Below are positions 26,092 to 34,419 of a stretch of 64,000 nucleotides of DNA, one piece after another. The DNA is from Gemmatimonadota bacterium (lineage in GTDB: Bacteria > Gemmatimonadota > Gemmatimonadetes > Gemmatimonadales > GWC2-71-9). How positions within the stretch are numbered: position 1 is the stretch's first letter; each line of letters begins with the position of its first letter. The DNA lies in NCBI GenBank assembly GCA_029863245.1, contig JAOTVV010000008.1, positions 17,651 to 81,650 on the forward strand, given 5' to 3'. The notes under the pieces are model-generated. The model had not been told where the DNA came from. It saw only the letters and a program-made list of their open reading frames with translations, and made no database searches. A program made the translations under genes and the position numbers.

Positions 26092-26832
26092 CCGGCCTGC
26101 CCCTCGCTTCCGCGCGATGCGCGACACCAAGATCCCGGCCTCGTACAGCAGCAGGAGCGGCCCCATCATCATCAGCATCGAGAACACGTCGGGGGGCGTG
26201 AGAAGCGCCGCCACGATCGCCGCCAACACCAACGCGACCGGTCGCTGTTTGGAGAACGTCCGGGGCGTCACGATGCCCAAAGTCGACAGCAGCACCATGA
26301 CGATCGGGAGCTGGAACATGATCCCGAATGCCAGAATGGTCTGCGTCGCGAAGCCGAAATACGCATCGGCCGTGATGATCCACTCGAGATCGCCGAACCG
26401 AAACCCGTACAGAATGCGGAAGACCGCCGGCAGAACCCACAGGTAGGCCATCGCCACCCCGGCGAGAAACAGCCCGAGGCCGGCAATGAGCGCGGGCACG
26501 ATGTATCGCTTCTCGTGCTCGAAGAGCGCCGGGGCCAGGAATTTCCAGACTTGCGCGAAGACCACGGGCGAGGCCAGCACCGCGCCAATGACGACGGCCA
26601 GCTTGAGCGTGATGATGAATGCGTCCGTCGGCCGAGTGACGAAGAGCTTGCCGTCGGGGAGGTAAGGGGCGATCGGCTTCTTGAGGAGCGTGAAAACGTC
26701 GAACTGCTGGAGGAGGTAGTACCCGATGACGCTACCGACCACCAGGGCCAGCAGGCTCCAGAGGATGCGCCACCTGAGCTCCTCCAGGTGATCCAGGAAG
26801 GGCATGTCGCCCCTCGGCCTCTTCGCTTTCAT
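26092..26832 (-). CDS. tatC: Twin-arginine translocase subunit TatC (no stop codon; reads in frame into the lptD-like gene)
   Basis: MKAKRPRGDMPFLDHLEELRWRILWSLLALVVGSVIGYY...LLTPPDVFSMLMMMGPLLLLYEAGILVSRIARKRGAGR is a full-length TatC (~247 aa, six hydrophobic segments). The ORF track shows one continuous ORF 23290..27087. Start set at ATG 26832, just after the cpoB stop at 26859; an alternative ATG is at 26805. Confidence 0.85.
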
Positions 26833-26858
26833 CGGAGAACGGCGGGACCCGCCGTGCC

Positions 26859-27623
26859 TCAGCGATCGGGATTGCCGAGCTTGGTGCGCGCGAGCTGCGC
26901 TTCCTCCGATCGCGGATAGCCCGCGATGACCCGACTGTAATACACCTCCGCGGCACGTCGGTCCCCTCGCCGCTCGGCAATCAGACCGAGCCGGTACAGG
27001 GCCGTCGGAGCCCGACGGGAGTTGGGGTGGCTGCGCACGACCTCCTCGTACGCCGCCGCCGCGGAGTCGGGATTGGCATCCGCCCACGACTCACCGAGGA
27101 AGAACCACGCGTCGCCGGCCAGCGGGTGCCGGGGATGGTCGTCGAGCAGCTTGCGGAACCCGGCCCGAGCGGTTCCCGGGCTCCCGCGGCGCAGCTGCTC
27201 CAACGAGAGATCGAATAGCTCCTGCGCGCCGATCCCGCCGGCCTGCGCCGGTTCGGCTGCAGCGCCTCCCGCCGGCCCAACCTCGATGCTCCTATTCTCG
27301 ATCTGGCCCCGCAGCTCCGTGAGCCGCCGCTGACTCTGTCCGGTGAGCTCCTGAATCTGGACGAGCTGGCGCTGCACTTCCGTCATGTCTGTGCGGACAT
27401 CCCCCTGAAACGCCGCGATGCGGCGCTGCAGGATCTCCAGGGAGTCCAGAAAGTGCCGCTGCAGTTCGAGCATCTGGTCCAACAGAACGGCCCGCACCGA
27501 ATCGGTGCGGGCCGTCTCTTGCCTCATCTCGAGAAGCTGCTGCTCCACACGACGAACGTCTCCCTTGAGCGCACACGCGCCAAGGGCGACGGTCGTCGCG
27601 GTGAGGAAAGCCAGCTTCCTCAC
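26859..27623 (-). CDS. cpoB: Tol-Pal system protein CpoB/YbgF
   Basis: 254 aa. Signal/lipobox MRKLAFLTATTVALGAC, coiled-coil N-domain, C-terminal TPR (AWFFLGESWADANPDSAAAAYEEVVRSHPNSRRAPTALYRLGLIAERRGDRRAAEVYYSRVIAGYPRSEEA). Sits downstream of pal. Confidence 0.75.
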   Translation of the reverse strand: MRKLAFLTATTVALGACALKGDVRRVEQQLLEMRQETARTDSVRAVLLDQMLELQRHFLDSLEILQRRIAAFQGDVRTDMTEVQRQLVQIQELTGQSQRRLTELRGQIENRSIEVGPAGGAAAEPAQAGGIGAQELFDLSLEQLRRGSPGTARAGFRKLLDDHPRHPLAGDAWFFLGESWADANPDSAAAAYEEVVRSHPNSRRAPTALYRLGLIAERRGDRRAAEVYYSRVIAGYPRSEEAQLARTKLGNPDR

Positions 27624-28243
27624 ATGCCGGCGGGCTTCACCAACCGGTCACCGCCCGCGGTGACGCGAAACTCATCGCGGCGGTTCTGAGCCCAGGCATC
27701 CTCGTTGCTGGCGGGGTTCATGGGCTGCTCTTCGCCCATCGAGCGCACGGTGATGCGGCCGTCCGCGATGCCGCGATCCGTCAGCCACTTCTTGGAGGCG
27801 GTCGCGCGCCGCATGCCGAGCGCCATGTTGTACTCGTCGGAGCCCCGCTCATCACAGTGGCCGACGATCTCCAGCATGACTTCCGGATTCGCCTGGAGCA
27901 GCGACAGCTTCCGCTGCAGGACGTCCGTGTCGGGACCCATGCGAATGGCCGACTTGTCGTAATCGAAATTGACCATGGTGCCGAGCATGGTCCGCACCTC
28001 GGCCGTCATCGCCGCTGCCAGACGCTCGGCTTCCGCGCGCTCGCGAGCCAGGCGCTCCGTTTCCGCACGCGCCCGCGCAACGCTGTCCTCATAGGCCCGA
28101 CGCCGTGCTTCCGCCCGCGCGATGGAATCTCTGATGGCCGTGGAGTCGATTGCCGGCACGACCGGCTCCGGCTGACCACCGCCACACGCGGCTGCGACAA
28201 CCATCGCCGCCATACCCAGGATGACTGCAAACTTGGTTTTCAT
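27620..28243 (-). CDS. pal: Peptidoglycan-associated lipoprotein Pal (OmpA-like domain)
   Basis: Start set at MKTKFAVILGMAAMVVAAACGGG (lipobox). OmpA-like core VNFDYDKSAIR...IVGHCDERGSDEYNMALGMRRA. Confidence 0.85.
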   Translation of the reverse strand: MKTKFAVILGMAAMVVAAACGGGQPEPVVPAIDSTAIRDSIARAEARRRAYEDSVARARAETERLARERAEAERLAAAMTAEVRTMLGTMVNFDYDKSAIRMGPDTDVLQRKLSLLQANPEVMLEIVGHCDERGSDEYNMALGMRRATASKKWLTDRGIADGRITVRSMGEEQPMNPASNEDAWAQNRRDEFRVTAGGDRLVKPAGM

Positions 28244-28280
28244 CGCTGCTCCATTGAAGTGAAAGGGACTCAACGCTCCA

Positions 28281-29627
28281 TCATTGTTGTATTCGAGGGG
28301 ACCACGCTGGCAATCTCGCATCCCCGACCGTCGTCAACTGCCGAACCCGCCCGGTCTCGATGTCGATGATCCAGACCTGCCTCCTCCCCGTCCGGCTCGA
28401 GACGAACGCGAGGTGGCGCCCATCGGGCGCCCACGTCGGGTCTTCGTTTCGACCGTAGCTCGTGAGTTGGCGCACGGTACGCGAGCGAGTGTCCATCAGA
28501 AATACCTGTGGACTCCCCGCCACGTCCCGGTGGAAGGCCAGTTGCGTACCGTCCGCCGACCACTCCGGGGCGTTGGAGTTCCCCGTCACCCCGTAATCGA
28601 ACGGCGCGAACAGCTCCTGTCCCGTACCGTCCACCGACATCACGTAAATCTGCTGCCCGCCGGCCCGGGTCGAAACGAACGCAATCTGCCGTCCATCCGG
28701 GCTGAACGTGGGTGAAAGGTTATCGGAAAGCCGCCCCACCGTCAAGCGCTCTAAGCAACAGTCCCGCGCGAGGTTATAGCGGTAGATGTCGGTGCCGGAT
28801 TCCGCGACCCGGCTAAACACCAGCGTCTGGCCGTCCGGGGCGAATGCGGCGGCGATGTCCAGTTCCTCAGCGGTTGGCCGCACCACGGTCCGCCGGCCCA
28901 CGTCGAAGTCGTGCACGTACAGGGTCCCCCACCCGCCGCGCAGCTCCGCATACACGGCTCTTCGCCCTGTCGGGTCCCAGGCCGGAGAAAACGTGGTCAC
29001 GCCGGGTGGCGAGACCTGGGTGAGCCCCGCCCCGTCGGCGTCCACGCGGTACAGTCGGCCCTGGGACACGAGGAGCAACCGCGTGGCCGCGATCCCCAGC
29101 TGTCCGGTGGCGGCACGCACCACCTCATCCGCCACCCGATGGACTGCCATCCGGAAACGCTCGTCGGCCGGGTCGGTGAGGACCAGACGACTGCGCAGGC
29201 GCTCGGTCTCGCCCCGCACGTCATAGGCGACCACGGCCACCGTACCGGCTTCCGCCGACGGTAGGACCGCGACAGTGTGGTCGGCCCCGAGTGCGGCGTG
29301 CAGCGAGTAGTTGACGAAGAGCGTTTGCTCCGCCGTTGGCCCGGACCCAAGGCCCGAGACGGCGCTGATCCCCAGCACCACGCTATCGCCGGTTGGGAGC
29401 GTGATCATCTCGAACCGGTCGCTGTATTCGAGGTCCCGGCGCAGGATCGCCCGTACGGAGTCGAGCGCCGCGCTCTGGGGCCCGCCGAGCACCATCATCC
29501 CGGGCCGGAGCCCCGGGGTGTAGGTGATACCGATCCGCACTCCTTGTTCCACCGGATCCTGTGCGACGAGAGTCGTGGCGGGCGCGAGACAGAGTACCAG
29601 CAACGGGAAGACGCGTCGTGGCATCAT
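28281..29627 (-). CDS. tolB: Tol-Pal system beta-propeller protein TolB
   Basis: 448 aa. Signal peptide, then repeated ...SPAWDPTGRR / SPTFSPDGRQIAFVS / APEWSADGTQLAF / DPTWAPDGRHLAFVS blades. Confidence 0.9.
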   Translation of the reverse strand: MMPRRVFPLLVLCLAPATTLVAQDPVEQGVRIGITYTPGLRPGMMVLGGPQSAALDSVRAILRRDLEYSDRFEMITLPTGDSVVLGISAVSGLGSGPTAEQTLFVNYSLHAALGADHTVAVLPSAEAGTVAVVAYDVRGETERLRSRLVLTDPADERFRMAVHRVADEVVRAATGQLGIAATRLLLVSQGRLYRVDADGAGLTQVSPPGVTTFSPAWDPTGRRAVYAELRGGWGTLYVHDFDVGRRTVVRPTAEELDIAAAFAPDGQTLVFSRVAESGTDIYRYNLARDCCLERLTVGRLSDNLSPTFSPDGRQIAFVSTRAGGQQIYVMSVDGTGQELFAPFDYGVTGNSNAPEWSADGTQLAFHRDVAGSPQVFLMDTRSRTVRQLTSYGRNEDPTWAPDGRHLAFVSSRTGRRQVWIIDIETGRVRQLTTVGDARLPAWSPRIQQ

Positions 29628-30328
29628 CGGATTTTCGATGGATCGAAGAAGAACGTCACGGGAAGCACGTCAGCCGGGTAGCCGGCAGGGAGTGGGCCGA
29701 AGCCCTGCGTATTGGCGGCGGCCTCGATCGCCCCCTGGGCCTCGAGATCGAATCCAAAGCTCCCCGATCGAGCCAGAAACTGGAAGTTCGAGATCGAGCC
29801 GTCGCGGTGAATGAGGAACTGCGCCTCGGCACGGAGCGTCACGTTCCCCGAGGGCCGGCGCCACCGGCGATAGACCTGTGCCACCATGTTGCGCAGGTAC
29901 TCCGGAAACGGGAACTCCACCCCGGAGGTTTTTACCGTGGCCGGGTCCGTCCCCGTGGAGGGCTGCACGTCCGGGGCCGGCGCTTCGGGAGGCGTCGTCC
30001 GTGGCGCCGGTTCCTTCTGTCGCTCCGGCGTCGGGGGCGGAGGCGTCTCCGCTACCGACGAGCGACGCGGGCGCGGCTCTGGCAGAACCGGCGCCGGCTG
30101 TTCCGCCGGGCGCTGGACGGTTTCCGGGGCGCGGCGCTGCTGCGGTTCCGGCCGCGGCGCCGCGACGAGCTCCACCGTGTAGATGGGAGGCGCAACGCGA
30201 TGCACGAGGTTCGGAGCGGAGAGCACCGCCGCGGCCGCCGCGAGGTGGAGACCGATCGTGGACACCATCGCCAGTCCGGCCGGCCCGTCGGTCGGCGTCC
30301 GGCGACCGAGCAGCCGACGGACCTTCAC
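29624..30328 (-). CDS. TolA/TonB-family energy transducer
   Basis: 234 aa. N-terminal anchor, proline-rich spacer (PRPEPQQRRAPE...PPPPTPE), TonB_C-like C-terminus. It occupies the tolA position between tolR and tolB. Confidence 0.65.
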   Translation of the reverse strand: MKVRRLLGRRTPTDGPAGLAMVSTIGLHLAAAAAVLSAPNLVHRVAPPIYTVELVAAPRPEPQQRRAPETVQRPAEQPAPVLPEPRPRRSSVAETPPPPTPERQKEPAPRTTPPEAPAPDVQPSTGTDPATVKTSGVEFPFPEYLRNMVAQVYRRWRRPSGNVTLRAEAQFLIHRDGSISNFQFLARSGSFGFDLEAQGAIEAAANTQGFGPLPAGYPADVLPVTFFFDPSKIR

Positions 30329-30753
30329 CGCCCGATCTCCTCCGCCTCGGCAACGAGACCGACATCACCGATGCCCGAGGCACGCATGATCGCCAGCACC
30401 CGCACCACGACCCCGTAATTCACACGACTATCCGCGCGGAGGTACACACCCGTCGGCTGGCGTGCGCTCACCATGGCCGGAAACGCGGCGCGGAAATCGT
30501 CCAGTGCGAGCCCGGTCTCGTCGACGAAGATCTGCCCGCGACGATCGATCGACACCACCAGTCCTTCTTTGGGTTGCAGCGGCCGCGCTTCCGCTCTCGG
30601 CAGCTGCACATCCACACCACCCTGCATGATGGGTGCGGTGATCATGAAGATGATCAGGAGCACAAAGGCAACATCGACAAGGGAAGTGACGTTGATATCC
30701 GCGGTCGGCCGTAGCTCGCCGTTGTGGCGAAAGCCCAATCCATGCACGGTCAC
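30325..30753 (-). CDS. tolR: ExbD/TolR biopolymer transport protein
   Basis: 142 aa. INVTSLVDVAFVLLIIFMITAP... is a typical ExbD/TolR. Confidence 0.85.
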   Translation of the reverse strand: MTVHGLGFRHNGELRPTADINVTSLVDVAFVLLIIFMITAPIMQGGVDVQLPRAEARPLQPKEGLVVSIDRRGQIFVDETGLALDDFRAAFPAMVSARQPTGVYLRADSRVNYGVVVRVLAIMRASGIGDVGLVAEAEEIGR

Positions 30754-31463
30754 ACCCTCCCTTCGCGTGCCATCGTGCCAACGATCTCCTGTGCGAAGCC
30801 CTCGAGCTCACCGGTGAACACGCCGAGACGGCTTACAAAGAGGTTGTAGGCAATCACAGCGGGAATTGCGACCGCAAGACCCACCACGGTCGTGACCAGC
30901 GCCTCCGCGACGCCGGGGGCGACTGCCGAGATGTTGCCGGAGCCACCGGCCGCGATGCCGATGAATGCATCCATGACTCCGAGCACCGTTCCCAGCAGGC
31001 CCAGGAGCGGGCTCACCGACCCGATGGTCGCCAGCCAGGTGATGAACCGAGCGGTCAGATCCCGCTCAGCTCCCACCTCCTTGGCGAGCATCATGCGCAG
31101 CACCTCGAGCTGGGTCGGGCTGAGCGCCGCCCCCTCCGCACCCTTCTCCTCCTTGAGCGCGCCGGGGCGCAACTCGGAGAAGAAATTCACCCCCTCGCGG
31201 AGCAGGCGCCCGTATGGTGAAGGTGGAAGCTTCATCACGGCGTGATACGCATCTTCCAGTCGGCTCGTCCGCTCGAGCGCCTGGAAAAACCGGTCGGCCA
31301 GACGGCGCAGACGCCGGAACTGCGCCCACTTGAAAACGATGATGAACCAGCTGATCAGCGAGAACACGGCCAGCACCACGAGCACGCCCTTCGTCGCGCC
31401 GCTGGACATCTGGACGAGCTCCCAGGTGCTGGTCGGGAGCGCCCCGCCTACCTGCAGGATCAT
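30750..31463 (-). CDS. tolQ: MotA/TolQ/ExbB proton channel protein
   Basis: ORF 30750..31532. Start set at MILQVGG (ATG 31463), overlapping the upstream stop as ATGA. C-terminal GLLGTVLGVMDAF...VAPGVAEALVTTVVGLAVAIPAV motif. Confidence 0.85.
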   Translation of the reverse strand: MILQVGGALPTSTWELVQMSSGATKGVLVVLAVFSLISWFIIVFKWAQFRRLRRLADRFFQALERTSRLEDAYHAVMKLPPSPYGRLLREGVNFFSELRPGALKEEKGAEGAALSPTQLEVLRMMLAKEVGAERDLTARFITWLATIGSVSPLLGLLGTVLGVMDAFIGIAAGGSGNISAVAPGVAEALVTTVVGLAVAIPAVIAYNLFVSRLGVFTGELEGFAQEIVGTMAREGRV

Positions 31464-32410
31464 GCGGCTTCCTCCGCTATCCACTCGTAGGTTTGTCGCA
31501 GGCCGTCGGAGAGTGTCATCGTGGGACGCCAACCGAGATCCTTACCCGCCTTGGTGGCATCGACCGCACTGCGCTGCAGCTCGCCGGGCCGGGCCGGGGC
31601 ATGGCGTACGCGGACCTTTGCGCCCGCGGCAGCGATCAGGGATTGGGCAAGCTCATTGACCGTCGTCTCGACACCGGTCCCGACGTTGAAGGCCAGGTCG
31701 TCGAGCGAGGTCACTCCTGGCGGCGTCCAGCGAGTCGCCACCATGTTGGCGCGCATCACGTCGCCCACAAACACGTAATCCCGGGTCTGTGCGCCGTCGC
31801 CGTATATCGTGAGCTCCGTACCGCGTAAGAGCCGACTGCCAAAGATTGCCACCACTCCCGCTTCGCCATGCGGGCTTTGCCGGGGACCGTATACATTCGC
31901 ATACCGCAGCGACACGGCACGGAGGCCGTGCATCTGCGCGTACGCGGCGAGATAGTATTCGGAGGTGAGCTTGCTCACGCCGTACGGCGACACGGGCAGT
32001 TTGGGCGCGGTCTCGGGATGGGGTAGCGCATCACTCTCGCCGTATACGACACCCCCGGACGATGCGAAGACCACCCGTTCGACCTCACCGTCACGGGCGC
32101 CCTGGAGCAGGTTCAGGAGGCCCATGATGTTGGTGTCGGCGTCGAACATCGGATCGTCCACCGATACGCGCACGTCCATTTGGGCCGCATGGTGGTTGAG
32201 GACGGTGAATCCCCCACGCGCGATGGCCTGTCTCGCCTTCTCGGACCGGATATCGGCCTCGATGAACTCAGCATCGCGCGAGACGTTCTCGCGGCGCCCG
32301 CTCGAGAGATTGTCGAGCACCGCCACCTCGAATCCCTCGGCGAGGTACCCGTCAGCGATGTGTGATCCGATGAACCCCGCCCCACCCGTCACGAGCACGC
32401 GTTCTGCCAT
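31460..32410 (-). CDS. NAD-dependent epimerase/dehydratase (GalE-like SDR)
   Basis: 316 aa. VLVTGGAGFIGSHI, YGVSKLTSE catalytic YxxxK, C-terminal RPGELQRSAVDATKAGKDLGW. Confidence 0.8.
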   Translation of the reverse strand: MAERVLVTGGAGFIGSHIADGYLAEGFEVAVLDNLSSGRRENVSRDAEFIEADIRSEKARQAIARGGFTVLNHHAAQMDVRVSVDDPMFDADTNIMGLLNLLQGARDGEVERVVFASSGGVVYGESDALPHPETAPKLPVSPYGVSKLTSEYYLAAYAQMHGLRAVSLRYANVYGPRQSPHGEAGVVAIFGSRLLRGTELTIYGDGAQTRDYVFVGDVMRANMVATRWTPPGVTSLDDLAFNVGTGVETTVNELAQSLIAAAGAKVRVRHAPARPGELQRSAVDATKAGKDLGWRPTMTLSDGLRQTYEWIAEEAA

Positions 32411-32610
32411 CGAGAGCCCCGACTCCAGTTAGATGATGCGTTGTGCGGCCGCGGCGTCGCGTCCGGCCCACGAAATGTAGTCGATCCCGCAAGCGGGGCG
32501 GGCGCCAACAACGGGGAAGGGCCAGACAGCGGAACGGCCGCGAGTGCGGCCGTCACGCTGTCTTAGCATTTGCGGTGGGGGTCGAGGCCGAACGCGGCGG
32601 TTCGGCTCAA

Positions 32611-33789
32611 TCACGAAGGCATCTTCTTCACGAGCTGAACCGGGGATCCCGCCTGGAGCCCAATGTCCATGACGTTCATGATCAGCCCGGTTGCGGACTG
32701 GTCGCGTACGTGGACGATCCGGAACTCGGCAATCTGTTTCGGACTGAACGTTTCTCCGGCCGAGTACTTCAGGACGGTGAACACGTCGCCCGGGACGACG
32801 CCGGCGCTGCGACCGAGATCGATGAAGACGATCTGAAGCTGACCGGGCACCGGGTTGGTGAGTCGTGTACCGATGATGGATCCCATCATTCCGTTCTGCA
32901 CGGGCACCGGCAGGACACCCCCGGGATCGGCAAAGGGCTCGATCGGCAGGGCGAGGTGCCCGTTGTTGATCCGATCGAACTGGAACAGCACGGTCCCGAC
33001 CGCCCCTTCCGGAGCGGTCTCCGAGACCACGGCAACTCCCGTCGGGTACACGACCTGCCCCCAGCCCGGAACCCCTCGCAGCAGCCGGGCGAACAGCAGC
33101 GTGTCGCCCACCTGGTACGCACCGTTCGCGGGAGGAACGATCGCCACCTTGTCGAAAATCCCAGCGGATGAACTGGCTGGGATGCGTCGCACTGCCGGCC
33201 GCTCGATCGCGCCACTTACGGTGCCCCACGGCAGCGACTGGTCTTCGGTCAGGAAGCCGCCGGAGTAGAACTCGTGGCGGCTCACCGCTTGAGCCCGATA
33301 CCCTTCCGCACCGCTGAACCCGGAGACCGCGGCCGGGCGATAGGCGAAGATGGTCGGGCCCGAAGCCGACGGCGGCGGCGGTGGCGGCGCGGGAGGCGGT
33401 AGCTCCTCGCCCTGCGGCACCTGTCCGGGCTGCGGCTCACCGGCAACCGCCTGCTGCGGCGGCGGCTCGGCCCCAGGTGGTAGGTCGGCCCCCGGCGTTG
33501 GCGCCACTGCGGGCATTCCCGCCATCCGCAGCTCCTCACCCGGGAAAATCCAATGCGGATCCTCCACCACCGGCGTGTTGAGCCGGTAGATCTCCGGCCA
33601 GAGCAGCGGATCGCCGAAATAGAACGCCGCGAGGCCCCAGAGCGTCTCGCCCTTGGTCACGACGTGCACGTCGGGCACCTGCTGCTGCACCGGCTCCTGC
33701 GCCGCGAGCGGGGTGCCCAGCAGCCACACGAGCGCACCCCCGAGCAGCACGGCCCGGCTAGAACGGAAGATCGTCCTCTTCCTCATCAA
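32611..33789 (-). CDS. LysM domain-containing secreted protein
   Basis: 392 aa. Signal peptide, LysM (HVVTKGETLWGLAAFYFGDPLLWPEIYRLN), proline-rich spacer, uncharacterised C-terminal domain. Confidence 0.7.
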   Translation of the reverse strand: MMRKRTIFRSSRAVLLGGALVWLLGTPLAAQEPVQQQVPDVHVVTKGETLWGLAAFYFGDPLLWPEIYRLNTPVVEDPHWIFPGEELRMAGMPAVAPTPGADLPPGAEPPPQQAVAGEPQPGQVPQGEELPPPAPPPPPPSASGPTIFAYRPAAVSGFSGAEGYRAQAVSRHEFYSGGFLTEDQSLPWGTVSGAIERPAVRRIPASSSAGIFDKVAIVPPANGAYQVGDTLLFARLLRGVPGWGQVVYPTGVAVVSETAPEGAVGTVLFQFDRINNGHLALPIEPFADPGGVLPVPVQNGMMGSIIGTRLTNPVPGQLQIVFIDLGRSAGVVPGDVFTVLKYSAGETFSPKQIAEFRIVHVRDQSATGLIMNVMDIGLQAGSPVQLVKKMPS

Positions 33790-34234
33790 GCGCCTCCGGG
33801 AAGTCGTTGTAGGACTCCGCCGCTGAATCGGCCACCGCTGGTTGCGGGGCGCGACGCGTCACCGCAGAGTCGGAATCCTCCCCACCGCCTCGTGGCGTCA
33901 GCATGACCATCTCGTTGGCATTGATTTCGGTCGAGTACCGCGTCTTGCCTTCCCGGTCCTCCCAGGTGCGGTACTCGATCCGGCCTTCGACGTAGACCCG
34001 GTCGCCCTTCTTGAGATACTTCTCGGCCACGTCGGCAAGCTGCCGAAACTTGCTGTTCCACAGCACCACGCGATGCCACTCGGTCTTCTCCTGCCGCTCA
34101 CCGGACTGATTGGTCCACGAGCGGGATGTCGCCACCGAGAGGGTTGCGACCCGAGTCCCACTCGCGGTCGACCGCACCTCGGGATCGGACCCGAGGTTCC
34201 CGATGATCATGGCCTTGTTCAGACTACGACTCAC
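33758..34234 (-). CDS. ssb: Single-stranded DNA-binding protein
   Basis: 158 aa (GTG start). MSRSLNKAMIIGNLGSDPEVR...TEWHRVVLW, acidic tail EEEDDLPF. Confidence 0.9.
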   Translation of the reverse strand: MSRSLNKAMIIGNLGSDPEVRSTASGTRVATLSVATSRSWTNQSGERQEKTEWHRVVLWNSKFRQLADVAEKYLKKGDRVYVEGRIEYRTWEDREGKTRYSTEINANEMVMLTPRGGGEDSDSAVTRRAPQPAVADSAAESYNDFPEALDEEEDDLPF

Positions 34235-34278
34235 GCCGACCTCCGAAAACGCTGGGGGTGGGACCCGGACAGGCGGAA

Positions 34279-34307
34279 ACTATAGGGGCTGCAAGTCCTT
34301 TTGTCAA
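34279..34307 (-). promoter_or_regulatory. Sigma70-type promoter upstream of ssb
   Basis: Minus strand reads TTGACA-17 nt (aaaggacttgcagcccc)-TATAGT, ~45 nt upstream of the ssb GTG, which has a GGAGG 6 nt upstream. Confidence 0.55.
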
Positions 34308-34419
34308 CCAAAGATACGCGACTTGGCGCCGGTTTTTGCGGGATTTCTTCGGGGGACCGGTGACGGATGGCACAGGTCGGGCCGAACCCAACCCGAAAGA
34401 CAGGGTCCTCGAGCACACG

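Noticed and set aside
26833-27087. 85-codon N-terminal extension of the tatC ORF
   Set aside because: It overlaps the 3' end of cpoB, is Arg/Gly-rich with no TatC similarity, and a family-typical start (MKAKRPRGDMPFLDHL) follows right after the cpoB stop.
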